64,000 bases of DNA. Origin: a virus. The notes under the pieces were generated by a model, which made no database searches, had not been told where the DNA came from, and saw nothing but the letters and a program-made list of their open reading frames with translations. Position numbers and translations under genes: made by a program. Positions 54,521 through 63,838 of the stretch are shown piece by piece. How positions within the stretch are numbered: position 1 is the stretch's first letter; each line of letters opens with the position of its first letter. Location: positions 1 to 64,000 of IMG/VR virus record IMGVR_UViG_3300025133_000038. One strand, given 5' to 3'.

Positions 54521-55717
54521 ATGAATGGTATTGCGATGGCAAGAAAGTTTTCCCCTCTTTATAAGATTGATAGTAAGGGGAAGGTTAGGGTTTGGGAAAT
54601 TAGTATTTCTGATGGAGTAGGTCTCTATCCTCAGTATATTATTCGTCATGGGGTTCATGGGGGCAAAATGGTGAAGACATCAACCGACATTAAGGTTGGT
54701 AAGAATATTGGTCGTGCTAATGAGACAACAGCAGCAGAGCAATGTTCGATGGAGGCACAATCTTTGTGGAACAAGCAGCTAAACCGTAAGGGTTATAGTC
54801 AGGCTATCCCTTCATCTGGTACGATTCAAAAGTTTAGTCCAATGCTAGCTAAATCATACAACAAACCTGGGACTGACCTAACAGACTTGAAAGACGGTCA
54901 TCATATTGGATACCCTTGTCTCTATCAACCTAAACTAGATGGTATCCGCTGCATAGCTAGTACCGATGTTCATTCTAATGGTGCATATAGTATCTACCTT
55001 AAGTCAAGACAGAATAAGGTATTTTACTCTCTTCCTCATATCTGTGATGAAATTCAAAACATGAAATACTTTCAGGTTACTGGCTCAAAACTCTATCTGG
55101 ATGGAGAACTCTATGTCCACGGCGATGAGTTTCAAGACCTAGTCTCTGCAATTAAGAGAGATAAGCCTAGTGAGGATAGCCCTAAGGTTCAATACCACAT
55201 CTACGATGTCTACGATAGAGATAATCCTGACTGGCCCTGTGATGAGCGAATGAAGTGGCTGGAGCAAAATCTTGTCACCAGCGACACAATCAAACTTGTC
55301 AAAGCAGAGACCCTTAACAATGCTAGTGAGGTTCGCACCCAACTAGACGCTCAGATTAAGCTGGGTTATGAAGGTATTATGCTTCGCAACACAGATGGTG
55401 TCTACAAGGCGAGAGGTCGAAGCAAAGACCTACAGAAGGTCAAGCTGTTCATCGACGAGGAGTTTGAGATTGTAGACGCTAAGGAAAACAAAGGTAAGAT
55501 GGCAGGTCAATGCACCTTCATCTGTAAAACTAAAGACGGACACACCTTCGGGGTTAAACCAGAGGGTACTGATGCAGTAAGAAAACAGTATTGGGTGGAC
55601 TGGCAGGCTGGCACTCTGATGGGCAAAATGCTCACAGTACGCTTCTTTGCCTGGACCACAAGTAAGAAGAGTGTACCAAGATTCCCAGTGGGAATTGCCA
55701 TAAGGGATTATGAGTGA
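54521..55717 (+). CDS. ATP-dependent DNA ligase
   Basis: PMLA, QPKLDGIR, DGELY, EGIMLR, PRFP. Confidence 0.95.
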   Translation: MNGIAMARKFSPLYKIDSKGKVRVWEISISDGVGLYPQYIIRHGVHGGKMVKTSTDIKVGKNIGRANETTAAEQCSMEAQSLWNKQLNRKGYSQAIPSSGTIQKFSPMLAKSYNKPGTDLTDLKDGHHIGYPCLYQPKLDGIRCIASTDVHSNGAYSIYLKSRQNKVFYSLPHICDEIQNMKYFQVTGSKLYLDGELYVHGDEFQDLVSAIKRDKPSEDSPKVQYHIYDVYDRDNPDWPCDERMKWLEQNLVTSDTIKLVKAETLNNASEVRTQLDAQIKLGYEGIMLRNTDGVYKARGRSKDLQKVKLFIDEEFEIVDAKENKGKMAGQCTFICKTKDGHTFGVKPEGTDAVRKQYWVDWQAGTLMGKMLTVRFFAWTTSKKSVPRFPVGIAIRDYE

Positions 55718-56862
55718 TGAAATACCTTAATAAGATTAAGCAGATAGTTGGCTCTAAAAAGAAGGTCGTACTAACCGTCACTGGTGGTGGGACCGGAGTG
55801 TTTGGACACCTACTAAACTATGGTGGTGGGTCGGAGTTCCTAGTAGAGGGTATTATCAACTACTCTATGGAGAGTACTCAAGACCTAATAGGTACACCAG
55901 ACAGTTATGTTAGTAAGGAGGCCGCCCTTAAGTTGGCGGTAGCTGCCTACCAACGGTGTGTCAAGCTGGGTGTTGACCCTAAGGAAGCACACGGAGTATC
56001 AACAACGGCCAAGCTGGTGACTGAGGGTGAGCGAGAGGGTAGGGTCCATGAGATTTACGCGGCCTACCACTCAAACGACAAGTCCTCGTATGTCCACCTG
56101 AGGTTTGAACATGATAGGTCTCGCGTGCAAGAGGAGTATCTCTGTGAGAACTTTATCTTAGATGCCCTAAACCAATGGTTCTGTGGGGTGGACATTGCTG
56201 ATAAAAAGAACGGTCTTTTTACCTGCATGAAAAAGCCAGAGGTTATAGTGGGAGATACGTGTGAGACTAGCCCTGAAATAAAAGAAATAATTCGCGACAA
56301 CCGGAAAGTAATCGTTATTCATAAGTCTGAGGGCACTTGGAGCCAGCGAGATTTGGAGAAGAGTCGTCCCCTTATTTTTCCTGGGTCGTTTAATCCTATT
56401 CATGCTCAACACCTAAGGATGGCTGACGCTGCCTATAAGAAAACAGATAAGCAGGTATGGCTAGAACTATCTATAGGTAATACAGACAAGCCAGCTCTTG
56501 ATTATATTACTTTGAGGGATAGAGTCTTAGATATTATAAATAAGGTTGCCTCTAGGGATAGTGTCGCTGGGGTAGTCATTTCTAATGCACCACTCTTTAT
56601 CCAAAAAGCTGAGGCTATCAACAGTTGTGCTACCTTTCTAATGGGGATGGACACATTCAATAGAATGAATGAAAAGAAGTATTATCCCAAGGAAACTAAA
56701 CATATCCTTGATGGCTATTGGGTAAAGCTAATGGTCTTCAGTAGGAAGGGAGACAAGAGAATTTATCCTTCTGAGTTTGGAGACATAACAACTTTCATTT
56801 CAAAGCAAGAGTATAAAGATACCGGACTATCGTCCACACAGATTCGCAACGCTAAAAATTAA
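55714..56862 (+). CDS. CinA-like domain fused to NadD/NMNAT-like nucleotidyltransferase
   Basis: VTGGG..GGS N-domain; FPGSFNPIHAQH, GMDT, SSTQIR C-domain. Confidence 0.8.
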   Translation: MMKYLNKIKQIVGSKKKVVLTVTGGGTGVFGHLLNYGGGSEFLVEGIINYSMESTQDLIGTPDSYVSKEAALKLAVAAYQRCVKLGVDPKEAHGVSTTAKLVTEGEREGRVHEIYAAYHSNDKSSYVHLRFEHDRSRVQEEYLCENFILDALNQWFCGVDIADKKNGLFTCMKKPEVIVGDTCETSPEIKEIIRDNRKVIVIHKSEGTWSQRDLEKSRPLIFPGSFNPIHAQHLRMADAAYKKTDKQVWLELSIGNTDKPALDYITLRDRVLDIINKVASRDSVAGVVISNAPLFIQKAEAINSCATFLMGMDTFNRMNEKKYYPKETKHILDGYWVKLMVFSRKGDKRIYPSEFGDITTFISKQEYKDTGLSSTQIRNAKN

Positions 56863-56874
56863 GAGGCACTACAG

Positions 56875-57519
56875 ATGAGTATTGATATAGTAGCAATTGG
56901 AGACCAACTGATTGAATATCCCGAAGCTAAAGAAGAGAACTTCGAGGTATCTTTTGATAAATATCTAACCATAGCAAAGAAAACAATAAGAACTTTTGCT
57001 GCTAGGTTTCGTCCAGGTCTAGTAGAACAAATGATGAAGAGCGATGACGCTATTTCCAATGTAGCAACAGCTATTATGATGGCTGACTGGAGATGGAGTT
57101 CTGAGTATAAGAGCAGTACTGGCAAAGTAAGAACTAAGTATTGCTATCGTAATCAGTGTGCCATCTGGGCTATTCAAGCCTACGTTGGTAGACAAGCTAA
57201 GGCTCCAAGGGTTGATTCCTTAGATAGAACCCTGACTCACGACAGCGAAAAAGAAAATAGTCTTTCACATAAGATTCCTTCAAAAGATTTGGGACCGCAG
57301 GAACAAGCAGAGAGTAATGAGAGTAAGAAGGTTTTAGATAAGATTCTTAATCGTTCAGGTCTAACAAACAAACAAGATAAGTATATTAAGCAGTACCACA
57401 TGGAGGGCTTGACGTATCAGCAGATTGCTGACCAAGTAGGTTCAACGAGAGAAGCTGTTCGTCAAATTGTAGATAGAGCAATGAGTAACATTCGTCAATT
57501 CGGAGACATCCATGAGTAA
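56875..57519 (+). CDS. Phage sigma70-family RNA polymerase sigma factor
   Basis: Region-4 HTH LTYQQIADQVGSTREAVRQIVDRAMSNIR; region-2-like core. Confidence 0.8.
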   Translation: MSIDIVAIGDQLIEYPEAKEENFEVSFDKYLTIAKKTIRTFAARFRPGLVEQMMKSDDAISNVATAIMMADWRWSSEYKSSTGKVRTKYCYRNQCAIWAIQAYVGRQAKAPRVDSLDRTLTHDSEKENSLSHKIPSKDLGPQEQAESNESKKVLDKILNRSGLTNKQDKYIKQYHMEGLTYQQIADQVGSTREAVRQIVDRAMSNIRQFGDIHE

Positions 57520-58051
57520 TATTCAAAAAGATTTAGCATTTGGTCGGGCAGCAGAAGATAGGGTCGTTAAGCTATACAAGTCCAGCGGCTTCGACTCTAA
57601 CATCCAACCAAACAAAGGTAAATTTTCTGACTGGGATATTGAAAGTAAATGCCCTATAAAAGGAACTTTGCTTTTTCACAACTTTACCACTGAGGTGAAG
57701 CATGATGCGTATGCTGCTCGTAGTGGTAACATTGCAATCGAAATGTTTAACCCTAAGTCTGGCAAACCTAGTGGTTTAATGGCTACAAAAGCAGACTTAT
57801 GGGTACACATCATATCGGACGGTGTTTATGTTGCTAACACAGAGCGGTTGAAAAAGTGGGTAAATGACACGCCCCCTAAGAGAGTTATAACTGCGGGTGG
57901 TGATGGCAATGCGACACTTTATCTGTATAGTATTGATGTTATCTTCGATGAAACAGAGGGCTCATTGTTCACAGAGATAGATGAATTGGACTCAGACAGC
58001 AGAAGAGAGGTAATTTTTGGCTGTTTAAATGAAGATTTACGGATGCTTTAA
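57512..58051 (+). CDS. PD-(D/E)xK nuclease-like protein
   Basis: AE, WD, EVK.D, GNIAIE, PSGL..TKAD.W. Confidence 0.75.
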   Translation: MSNIQKDLAFGRAAEDRVVKLYKSSGFDSNIQPNKGKFSDWDIESKCPIKGTLLFHNFTTEVKHDAYAARSGNIAIEMFNPKSGKPSGLMATKADLWVHIISDGVYVANTERLKKWVNDTPPKRVITAGGDGNATLYLYSIDVIFDETEGSLFTEIDELDSDSRREVIFGCLNEDLRML

Positions 58052-58083
58052 TAACTAACCACTTAATTTAGGGTATAATACTA

Positions 58084-58431
58084 GTGAACGTACAAATAAA
58101 ACTATTGATATTAAGCCTCGACTATAAAGACAACTCTGTTTTTATCTTGTCTGACGAGGAAAGCGAGGCTAAATTGCCTTCTGTCACCCTTAAAGAGGGT
58201 GACTTAGACAGGCAAATAAAGAGATTATTTAAGGAGTATTGTAATCTTAGTTGGGGTTTTATCTCTTGTGAACTAACAGATGTTAAACAGAAAAAAGATA
58301 TTCTTGAAGTTTATTACGGGATTATCGTTCCTAATGATATCATTATGAACAAAGGCTATAAATACATTGTTGGCCCTGCTGAGGGTGAGGAACTTAGGAC
58401 TTTAGTTAGTGGAGTGGCGAATACATTATGA
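58084..58431 (+). CDS. Hypothetical protein (degenerate Nudix-like fold possible)
   Basis: GTG start; coupled ORF. Confidence 0.6.
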   Translation: MNVQIKLLILSLDYKDNSVFILSDEESEAKLPSVTLKEGDLDRQIKRLFKEYCNLSWGFISCELTDVKQKKDILEVYYGIIVPNDIIMNKGYKYIVGPAEGEELRTLVSGVANTL

Positions 58432-58874
58432 GTAGATTTTTAGATAGGCTTGTTGGACTAGACCTACCAACAGCAGAGCGTTTACTAGAGATACAAGCAC
58501 AAAAACTTCTCCAAGACAGGGCATTAGAGATGGCTTCCCGGTCGCCCGAGTCTATTGAGTTGGGTGGTCTTGCTAGTGATTCTCTTGCCCAGGTTAAGAT
58601 TGTACTGAAGTCAGACAATGACTGTAATGTTATTCTAGAGATAGCGGAAGACCTAAGTACACAAGAGGAGGCTTCAGCTATTGCTCGAATGCTATTCTCT
58701 CTTAATGAGGGTAAGATGAAGGGGACGTTTGCTGGTATCATTCAGCAACAGATGCTAACTGATGTTAGGGACACTAATTTTGGTCAGGCTATTATGGATG
58801 CTTGGGAACAAGAGTATGCTGAGCATGATGATGACTGTGTCCCTCCCTCTCAAGCACTAACGGGAGCACCCTAA
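58428..58874 (+). CDS. Hypothetical protein
   Basis: Coupled ORF. Confidence 0.75.
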   Translation: MSRFLDRLVGLDLPTAERLLEIQAQKLLQDRALEMASRSPESIELGGLASDSLAQVKIVLKSDNDCNVILEIAEDLSTQEEASAIARMLFSLNEGKMKGTFAGIIQQQMLTDVRDTNFGQAIMDAWEQEYAEHDDDCVPPSQALTGAP

Positions 58875-59830
58875 TGTTAGCATACTTAGGCATAGTAAAC
58901 TATGTAGTTAGATGTGGCGTCCGTAAGAAGAACAGAACTGGTATCGACACCATCGTTGTTCCTAATATGCACTTCAATCACGATATGAGTGAGGGATTTC
59001 CCGCTCTGACTACTAAGAAGTTGGCCTTCAAGACACTGAGTGTGGAGCTTGAGGGTTTTATTGGTGGTATCACAAGTAAGAAGTGGTATCAGGAACGTGG
59101 TTGTAAGATTTGGGATGAGTGGGCTAATCCTGAGGCCGTTAATGAAGTGGTCAGGGGAGATTGGAACGTCATTAGTAATGGTGTTGACTACCCCTTTCCA
59201 GATAGGAAGAAGATACAGGCGAGACTTAATGACCTTGGACCTATCTATGGTTATCAGTGGAGAAGATTCAACGTCCCTTATGACTCAGACGAATACATCC
59301 TACACTCAGGCCAGCCAGAGTGTCCCGTCAATGAGAAGTTAGAACCTCACGACGAACCCTACGACCAACTAGCAACCATAGTTAAAACACTAAAGGAAAA
59401 CCCTAACGACAGGCGTATGGTCTGCTCAGCATGGAATCCCAATCAACTAAGTCAGATGGCCCTGCCACCATGTCACTTTGTGTGGGAGCTAACCCACGTT
59501 GACGGAACACTAAACTTACACTGGACCCAGCGGTCATGCGACCTGATGCTCGGTGTCCCCTTTAATATTGCAAGCTATGCTCTACTACTAGAGCTACTAG
59601 CTAAAGAAGCTGGCATGAAGCCAGGAAATCTCAGTGGTATGTTGTGTGACTGCCATATATATGAGAACCAAATTGAAGGAGCTAAGCTTCAACTGAAGCG
59701 AGAGCCCCTTAAACTACCTACTTTAAAAATCTCTAACTTTACCAATATTTTTGAATGGACACACGAAGACGTAGAATTGATTGACTATAATAACCTCGGC
59801 AAGATTGACTTTGGTGGAGTAGCGGTATGA
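58874..59830 (+). CDS. thyA: Thymidylate synthase
   Basis: RTG, LGPIYGYQWR, MALPPCH, QRSCD..LGVPFN, DCHIY. Confidence 0.97.
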   Translation: MLAYLGIVNYVVRCGVRKKNRTGIDTIVVPNMHFNHDMSEGFPALTTKKLAFKTLSVELEGFIGGITSKKWYQERGCKIWDEWANPEAVNEVVRGDWNVISNGVDYPFPDRKKIQARLNDLGPIYGYQWRRFNVPYDSDEYILHSGQPECPVNEKLEPHDEPYDQLATIVKTLKENPNDRRMVCSAWNPNQLSQMALPPCHFVWELTHVDGTLNLHWTQRSCDLMLGVPFNIASYALLLELLAKEAGMKPGNLSGMLCDCHIYENQIEGAKLQLKREPLKLPTLKISNFTNIFEWTHEDVELIDYNNLGKIDFGGVAV

Positions 59831-60441
59831 GGAATAACATGTCTGAAAAGAAGAAAACGTCACCCCAAGAAATAATCAAGAGAGCGCATAAGTCTGCTTC
59901 TATGGCTATCGGAGATAACTTCGAAGCTATAACTGCTGATGAAGCACACACTAGAACAGATGACAAGCGGTTCATTGCTTGGGAGAAATGGGTTGACCCA
60001 TATGGAGACAACTGGGAAGAGCATGAATGGCCTGGGGCTTTTAGTCCTGGTGGTGCTGAGATGGAATTTGACGAAGATAATATCGAAGAGGTAGGTATGC
60101 CTATCGACCTAGGTAGAAATATCCGAATCTTAAATACTCCGCTTGGTATTATTCCACTAACCGAAGAGAGTAAACCTAGTACTGTATTCAACTTCTGGCT
60201 AGCTGTAACCAACTTTCCAATTACTAGAAAGATGGTCTCTATTCTAGACGATGTAGAAGGAGTAGAAATACTAACTATCTATACCAGGTACAGATTCCGT
60301 ATTAGTATAGGTAAGTTGTTTAAGGACCGTGAAGTAATGGACAGGATTAATAGAAGAATGGCCGCATACCTTGAACACAAAGAGAGTAAAAAATGCCAAT
60401 TAAACTTAACGGGCGAACTCTACAGGAAAAAAGCCAACTAA
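59827..60441 (+). CDS. Hypothetical protein
   Basis: Coupled ORF. Confidence 0.8.
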   Translation: MRNNMSEKKKTSPQEIIKRAHKSASMAIGDNFEAITADEAHTRTDDKRFIAWEKWVDPYGDNWEEHEWPGAFSPGGAEMEFDEDNIEEVGMPIDLGRNIRILNTPLGIIPLTEESKPSTVFNFWLAVTNFPITRKMVSILDDVEGVEILTIYTRYRFRISIGKLFKDREVMDRINRRMAAYLEHKESKKCQLNLTGELYRKKAN

Positions 60442-61073
60442 TATCTGATATACACGACCACTCTATAAACTATGAGTCTCGTGAGATATACATGCACTCT
60501 GCCTTTCAAGAAGAGGAGGAGGGTGTTGACTTTAGGATGTGTACTAAGTTAGTAAAGAACCTAAACATCCTATTTCACATGTCTCCCACTGAACCTATCT
60601 TGATTCATCAGCTTACGGTTGGTGGAGACTGGAACTATGGAATGGCAATGTATGATGCTATTAAGTCATGTTCATCTTCTATCACTGTCCTTGCTTATGG
60701 ACATGCAGGCTCAATGAGTAGCCTTATCTTTCAAGCGGCTGACTATCGCGTCCTGATGCCTAACTGTGAGTTTATGATTCACGAAGGGCAGATGGGTGCC
60801 GATGGAACAACCAAAGGTTTCTTATCTGTAGCTGAACAGCTAAAGAAAGACAACAAGACCATGATTGACATCTATCTTGAGAAGACCAAGAAGGGTGAGA
60901 AATGGAAAGGTAAGACAGACAACTGGATTCGCAAACAACTACAAACAAAGATGGACCTCAAACAAGAATGGTACTTAAACTCAAGGAGCGCTGTGGAATA
61001 TGGATTTGCAGATGCTGTTCTTGGAGATGAGAACTATGAGAACATCGAAGTATTATTAAGGCACGAGGAATAA
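60393..61073 (+). CDS. clpP: ClpP-like protease subunit
   Basis: GG..G.AMYD, AGSMSS (Ser), FMIHE (His), AVEYGFAD. Confidence 0.85.
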   Translation: MPIKLNGRTLQEKSQLISDIHDHSINYESREIYMHSAFQEEEEGVDFRMCTKLVKNLNILFHMSPTEPILIHQLTVGGDWNYGMAMYDAIKSCSSSITVLAYGHAGSMSSLIFQAADYRVLMPNCEFMIHEGQMGADGTTKGFLSVAEQLKKDNKTMIDIYLEKTKKGEKWKGKTDNWIRKQLQTKMDLKQEWYLNSRSAVEYGFADAVLGDENYENIEVLLRHEE

Positions 61074-61715
61074 ATGTATGTAGAATTAGCCTGCTTAGAC
61101 AAAACCTCTACAGCAGATGACACAAGAAAACATGTTTTTGCAGCGAGCGAACTAGCCCTAAACGGAGTAGTGGTTCTACCGCCCTATATCACCGAGGCAA
61201 GACAGTATGTTCCAGACATGGTATTAGCGGCGCCTATAGACTATCCTTATGGGACTATGGATACCAAAATACGGGAACATGCTGTGCTTTCAGCACTCAG
61301 AAAAGGAGCCAATACGGTTGATTTGGTTCTGAACCATACGATGGTGGTGAATAAGAGGCTTGAGGCCATGCTCGATGATATTGAGACATGTCAAAAGATA
61401 TGCTATGAGAATAGAGCCGCCCTCAGAATCATGCTAGAATATAGAATATATGATAATTCTAAGCTATTTCTTGACACGCTGGATATGCTAGAGCTAATAG
61501 GGGTTGAATACGTTCTTCCTGCAACAGGGCTTAGGGTAGATAATTTTACCGATAGTCTTATGGCCTCTAGAGGTATGACTCAAAGAAATAACCTTAAAAT
61601 CATAATGAATGGTGGGATTTTTACCAAAGAACAGTATGAAATAGTTAAAAAGGCTGGTATTTATGGAATTAGATTTACGTCCATTCCACTGGTTCAAAAT
61701 ATTTTCGGTGTATAA
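61074..61715 (+). CDS. DeoC-like aldolase fold protein, catalytic Lys apparently absent
   Basis: DYPYG, GA.TVDLVLN, RIMLE; YVLPATG in place of FVKTSTG. Confidence 0.7.
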   Translation: MYVELACLDKTSTADDTRKHVFAASELALNGVVVLPPYITEARQYVPDMVLAAPIDYPYGTMDTKIREHAVLSALRKGANTVDLVLNHTMVVNKRLEAMLDDIETCQKICYENRAALRIMLEYRIYDNSKLFLDTLDMLELIGVEYVLPATGLRVDNFTDSLMASRGMTQRNNLKIIMNGGIFTKEQYEIVKKAGIYGIRFTSIPLVQNIFGV

Positions 61716-61793
61716 TAGAATGAAGAAGAATAAGGATTTGATTATAGGAATTACACAGGATAGGTGTTAGTAGCAATATAAAGGTAAATTCAA

Positions 61794-62687
61794 ATGGCTA
61801 CAAAAAACATCACAGCTTTCAAGATTGTCAACCCAGCAGCAGGTAACGATTATTTCGATACATCCGCTACCGCTACTACGAGTTCGACACAACCTACCCT
61901 TAATGTTGGTAGGGCTACAAACTTAGGTACATCCGCAAGCACTACAAGTGCAGGCATGACCCGTATTGATATGGGTGACGGTGGACGTACTATCTTTGGT
62001 TCACAAGTACTTGTTTCTGCTCGTCAGGGCGTTCAAGGTGCTGACGTATCCGGCTCAACAGCTATCACTAGTGTCGCAGATAGTAGCGGCTTAGCTTTGT
62101 TTACTTTGACCAGTCACGGTCTAAGTGTTGGAGATAGCATCGTTGTTTTAGATGATGGTACTAATAAGGGTGTTACGGGTCCACAAAGAGTTATTGAGGT
62201 TCCTCTCTCTAGTACTTTCCGCACAGACAAGGCATATGCCGCTGCTGTTGGAAGTCTAACCTACGGTACTGTCCAAGGCGACTTCGCCACAATGACAGCG
62301 GGACAATATGTTGCCCGTCGTGTTAGCGGTATGACTCTTCGTGGTACAGCAAGCAACATTCTTAGGAGTGGTGGTTCTGACTATGCGATTCGTCGTTCTA
62401 TTCATAAAGTAGAAACCGCATTCCGTCACGACGGTGTTGCTACTGCTATCCGTGCTGGTTATTGGGATGAGTACAGTGCTACGTTCACTACTGCCCCAAC
62501 AGCTACTAATAGCAGCGTTGGAAATGTCGCTGGCTCTACCGTTACTGATGGTACTGCTGACCATGCAGCCCAACCTACTCGCGCTATTCCAGGTGAACTG
62601 GTTTATCGTCAGAGTGGTGCGCAAACTGCTGGTGTTGCTGCCGCAGACGGTGTCCAACTTGATGACTATGTCGCAAAGACTGGATAA
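61794..62687 (+). CDS. Putative virion structural protein (T/S/A/G-rich)
   Basis: Composition; HGLSVGD motif; GGTGTATAATA upstream and terminator downstream. Confidence 0.7.
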   Translation: MATKNITAFKIVNPAAGNDYFDTSATATTSSTQPTLNVGRATNLGTSASTTSAGMTRIDMGDGGRTIFGSQVLVSARQGVQGADVSGSTAITSVADSSGLALFTLTSHGLSVGDSIVVLDDGTNKGVTGPQRVIEVPLSSTFRTDKAYAAAVGSLTYGTVQGDFATMTAGQYVARRVSGMTLRGTASNILRSGGSDYAIRRSIHKVETAFRHDGVATAIRAGYWDEYSATFTTAPTATNSSVGNVAGSTVTDGTADHAAQPTRAIPGELVYRQSGAQTAGVAAADGVQLDDYVAKTG

Positions 62688-62696
62688 TCTAGCTTA

Positions 62697-62739
62697 AGAG
62701 GTCTGCCTAGTGGAAAAACTAGGTAGACCTTCTTTTTTT
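62697..62739 (+). terminator. Rho-independent terminator
   Basis: AGGTCTGCCTAGT/ACTAGGTAGACCT plus T run. Confidence 0.85.
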
Positions 62740-62768
62740 ACCTTATCCATACCTGAGAGAGTGCAACT

Positions 62769-63095
62769 ATGGACAAAAAGTATATAGAGTATATAGCAAC
62801 TGTCATGATTACAATTGTTATAAGTATGACGGGCTTCTGGATGATGATGGGAAGAAACTATGTCACCAGAGCAGAAGTGAATGTCATAGCTGAAGAAAAG
62901 ATGCGTTCGGTAGACGGCAAATTAAACCTATATCTTAAAAGAGAAGATAAGTTAGAGGTTATAATTAACCAGAATACGAATGCTATAAATGAATTTAAAG
63001 TTCAATCTGCAATCTTAAACCAAACTCTTCAACATATGCAAAAGCAAATGGAAAACAGAGACCTTGCGTTTGATAAATTAAGGGATGCTATGTAA
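62769..63095 (+). CDS. Single-TM coiled-coil protein (holin-like topology)
   Basis: N-terminal TM followed by coiled coil. Confidence 0.65.
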   Translation: MDKKYIEYIATVMITIVISMTGFWMMMGRNYVTRAEVNVIAEEKMRSVDGKLNLYLKREDKLEVIINQNTNAINEFKVQSAILNQTLQHMQKQMENRDLAFDKLRDAM

Positions 63096-63775
63096 TGGAA
63101 AGAATACTAATGCCGTATGAGCAAGGGAAAGTCCTTGTTAATGAGGCTGACGTTCTATTATTTAGGGGAACTGGTTGGGCTAGTTATTTTTTAAGCCGAA
63201 GCGGTAAGAGTACGTACACCCATGTAGCTATGGCCTCATGGATTAATGGGCGTGCTAATACCCCTGATGGTATTCTTGAGTGTGTAGAATTTAGGGAGGG
63301 CAGCCCTGTAGCGGGGCTGTTCAACTCTAATGCTGCTGGTAGTGGGCGTGCCGTTAACTTGAGCCGGGAAGTTGATAAATATCCTGGTTGTATTGACGTA
63401 TATCGCCCTATACCCTATTGCACTAAGTGGGTCTTTGATGAAGAGAACGAAGACCTCAAATTGGAAAGAACATTCCTTGTTCATAAGGATGTTACAGATA
63501 CAATGAGAAGGCTTACAGGTCTTCCCTATGGTTGGAGAAGAATCTGGTGGCTTGCCAAGCAAAGCATGGCTGGCTTCAGATTGTTCACAAACGTAGAAAG
63601 CCTACAGGATGATGAAAGCGGAGACATAATCTATCCAGTATGCAGTACTGCTGTCGCCTATTGCTTTAATAAAAACGGGTTCGACCTTATCAATAACAAG
63701 TCCGACGAGTGGACAGAACCAGGGGACGTTGCTCGTTCAGCGAGACTTTCTTATCTTTTCACGCTCGAACCTTGA
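63095..63775 (+). CDS. Permuted papain-like amidase (YiiX/NlpC-P60-like)
   Basis: ADVLLFR, YTHVA (His), GLPY, VCST (Cys), PGD. Confidence 0.75.
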   Translation: MERILMPYEQGKVLVNEADVLLFRGTGWASYFLSRSGKSTYTHVAMASWINGRANTPDGILECVEFREGSPVAGLFNSNAAGSGRAVNLSREVDKYPGCIDVYRPIPYCTKWVFDEENEDLKLERTFLVHKDVTDTMRRLTGLPYGWRRIWWLAKQSMAGFRLFTNVESLQDDESGDIIYPVCSTAVAYCFNKNGFDLINNKSDEWTEPGDVARSARLSYLFTLEP

Positions 63776-63799
63776 CAAAATCGCTTTATCCTCTATAAT
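63772..63799 (+). promoter_or_regulatory. sigma70-like promoter
   Basis: TTGACA-N16-TATAAT. Confidence 0.85.
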
Positions 63800-63838
63800 A
63801 AGAGTGTTGAAACCAGATTCTCAAAAGGGAGTTAGTCT

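Noticed and set aside
58874-59830. Base-modifying thymidylate synthase homolog (dCMP/dUMP hydroxymethylase)
   Set aside because: Keeps canonical ThyA motifs including PFN (dUMP-specific Asn), and a dUTPase is present
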